Assembly (NCBI GenBank): GCA_002633005.1
Contig: NMRA01000799.1
Coordinates: forward strand, 62,001 to 126,000
Source: Phoronis australis
Taxonomy: Eukaryota > Animalia > Phoronida
Length of the DNA: 64,000 bases
Direction of reading: 5' to 3'
In this document: piece by piece, positions 63,948 to 64,000 of the stretch
Layout: each line of letters opens with the position of its first letter
How positions within the stretch are numbered: position 1 is the stretch's first letter
Notes under the pieces: generated by a model
Database searches by the model: none
What the model was told of the DNA's origin: nothing
Seen by the model: the letters and a program-made list of their open reading frames with translations, nothing else
Position numbers and translations under genes: made by a program

Positions 63948-64000
63948 GTAAGAATCGTTTCTCTTTAGTAACTGAGCTTCAGCCCAAGCAACAATGAAGA

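Noticed and set aside
46619-64000. Copy B as an uncollapsed allelic haplotype of copy A
   Set aside because: Intron divergence is high and each copy has its own old, decayed TE insertions, which favours a true duplication. Read depth would settle it.

Overview
AT-rich, intron-containing animal DNA, probably a marine invertebrate. No prokaryotic operons or CRISPR arrays are present. Three host genes lie on the + strand. (1) The 3' part of an LDL-receptor-family-like single-pass membrane protein (EGF module, Thr-rich mucin stalk, TM helix, FxNPxY tail; about 1418-11199). (2) A complete 10-exon SLC22 organic ion transporter (24036-42638). (3) Its tandem paralog (46619 to beyond 64000, exons 1-8 visible). 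Introns and intergenic DNA carry many decayed transposons (hAT, Kolobok, Academ, Sola3-like, pogo-like, RTE/RTEX LINEs, hairpin elements, MITEs), and many ends can be fixed by using the paralog as an empty site. The most notable observations are these. The palindrome TACATGTA is about 10-fold enriched, and at several sites one paralog has TA where the other has TACATGTA, which looks like a transposon excision footprint. A mucin tandem repeat has a splice acceptor in every unit. The SLC22 pair has unusual intramembrane charges and patchy exon identity. All calls are by eye, with no database searches.
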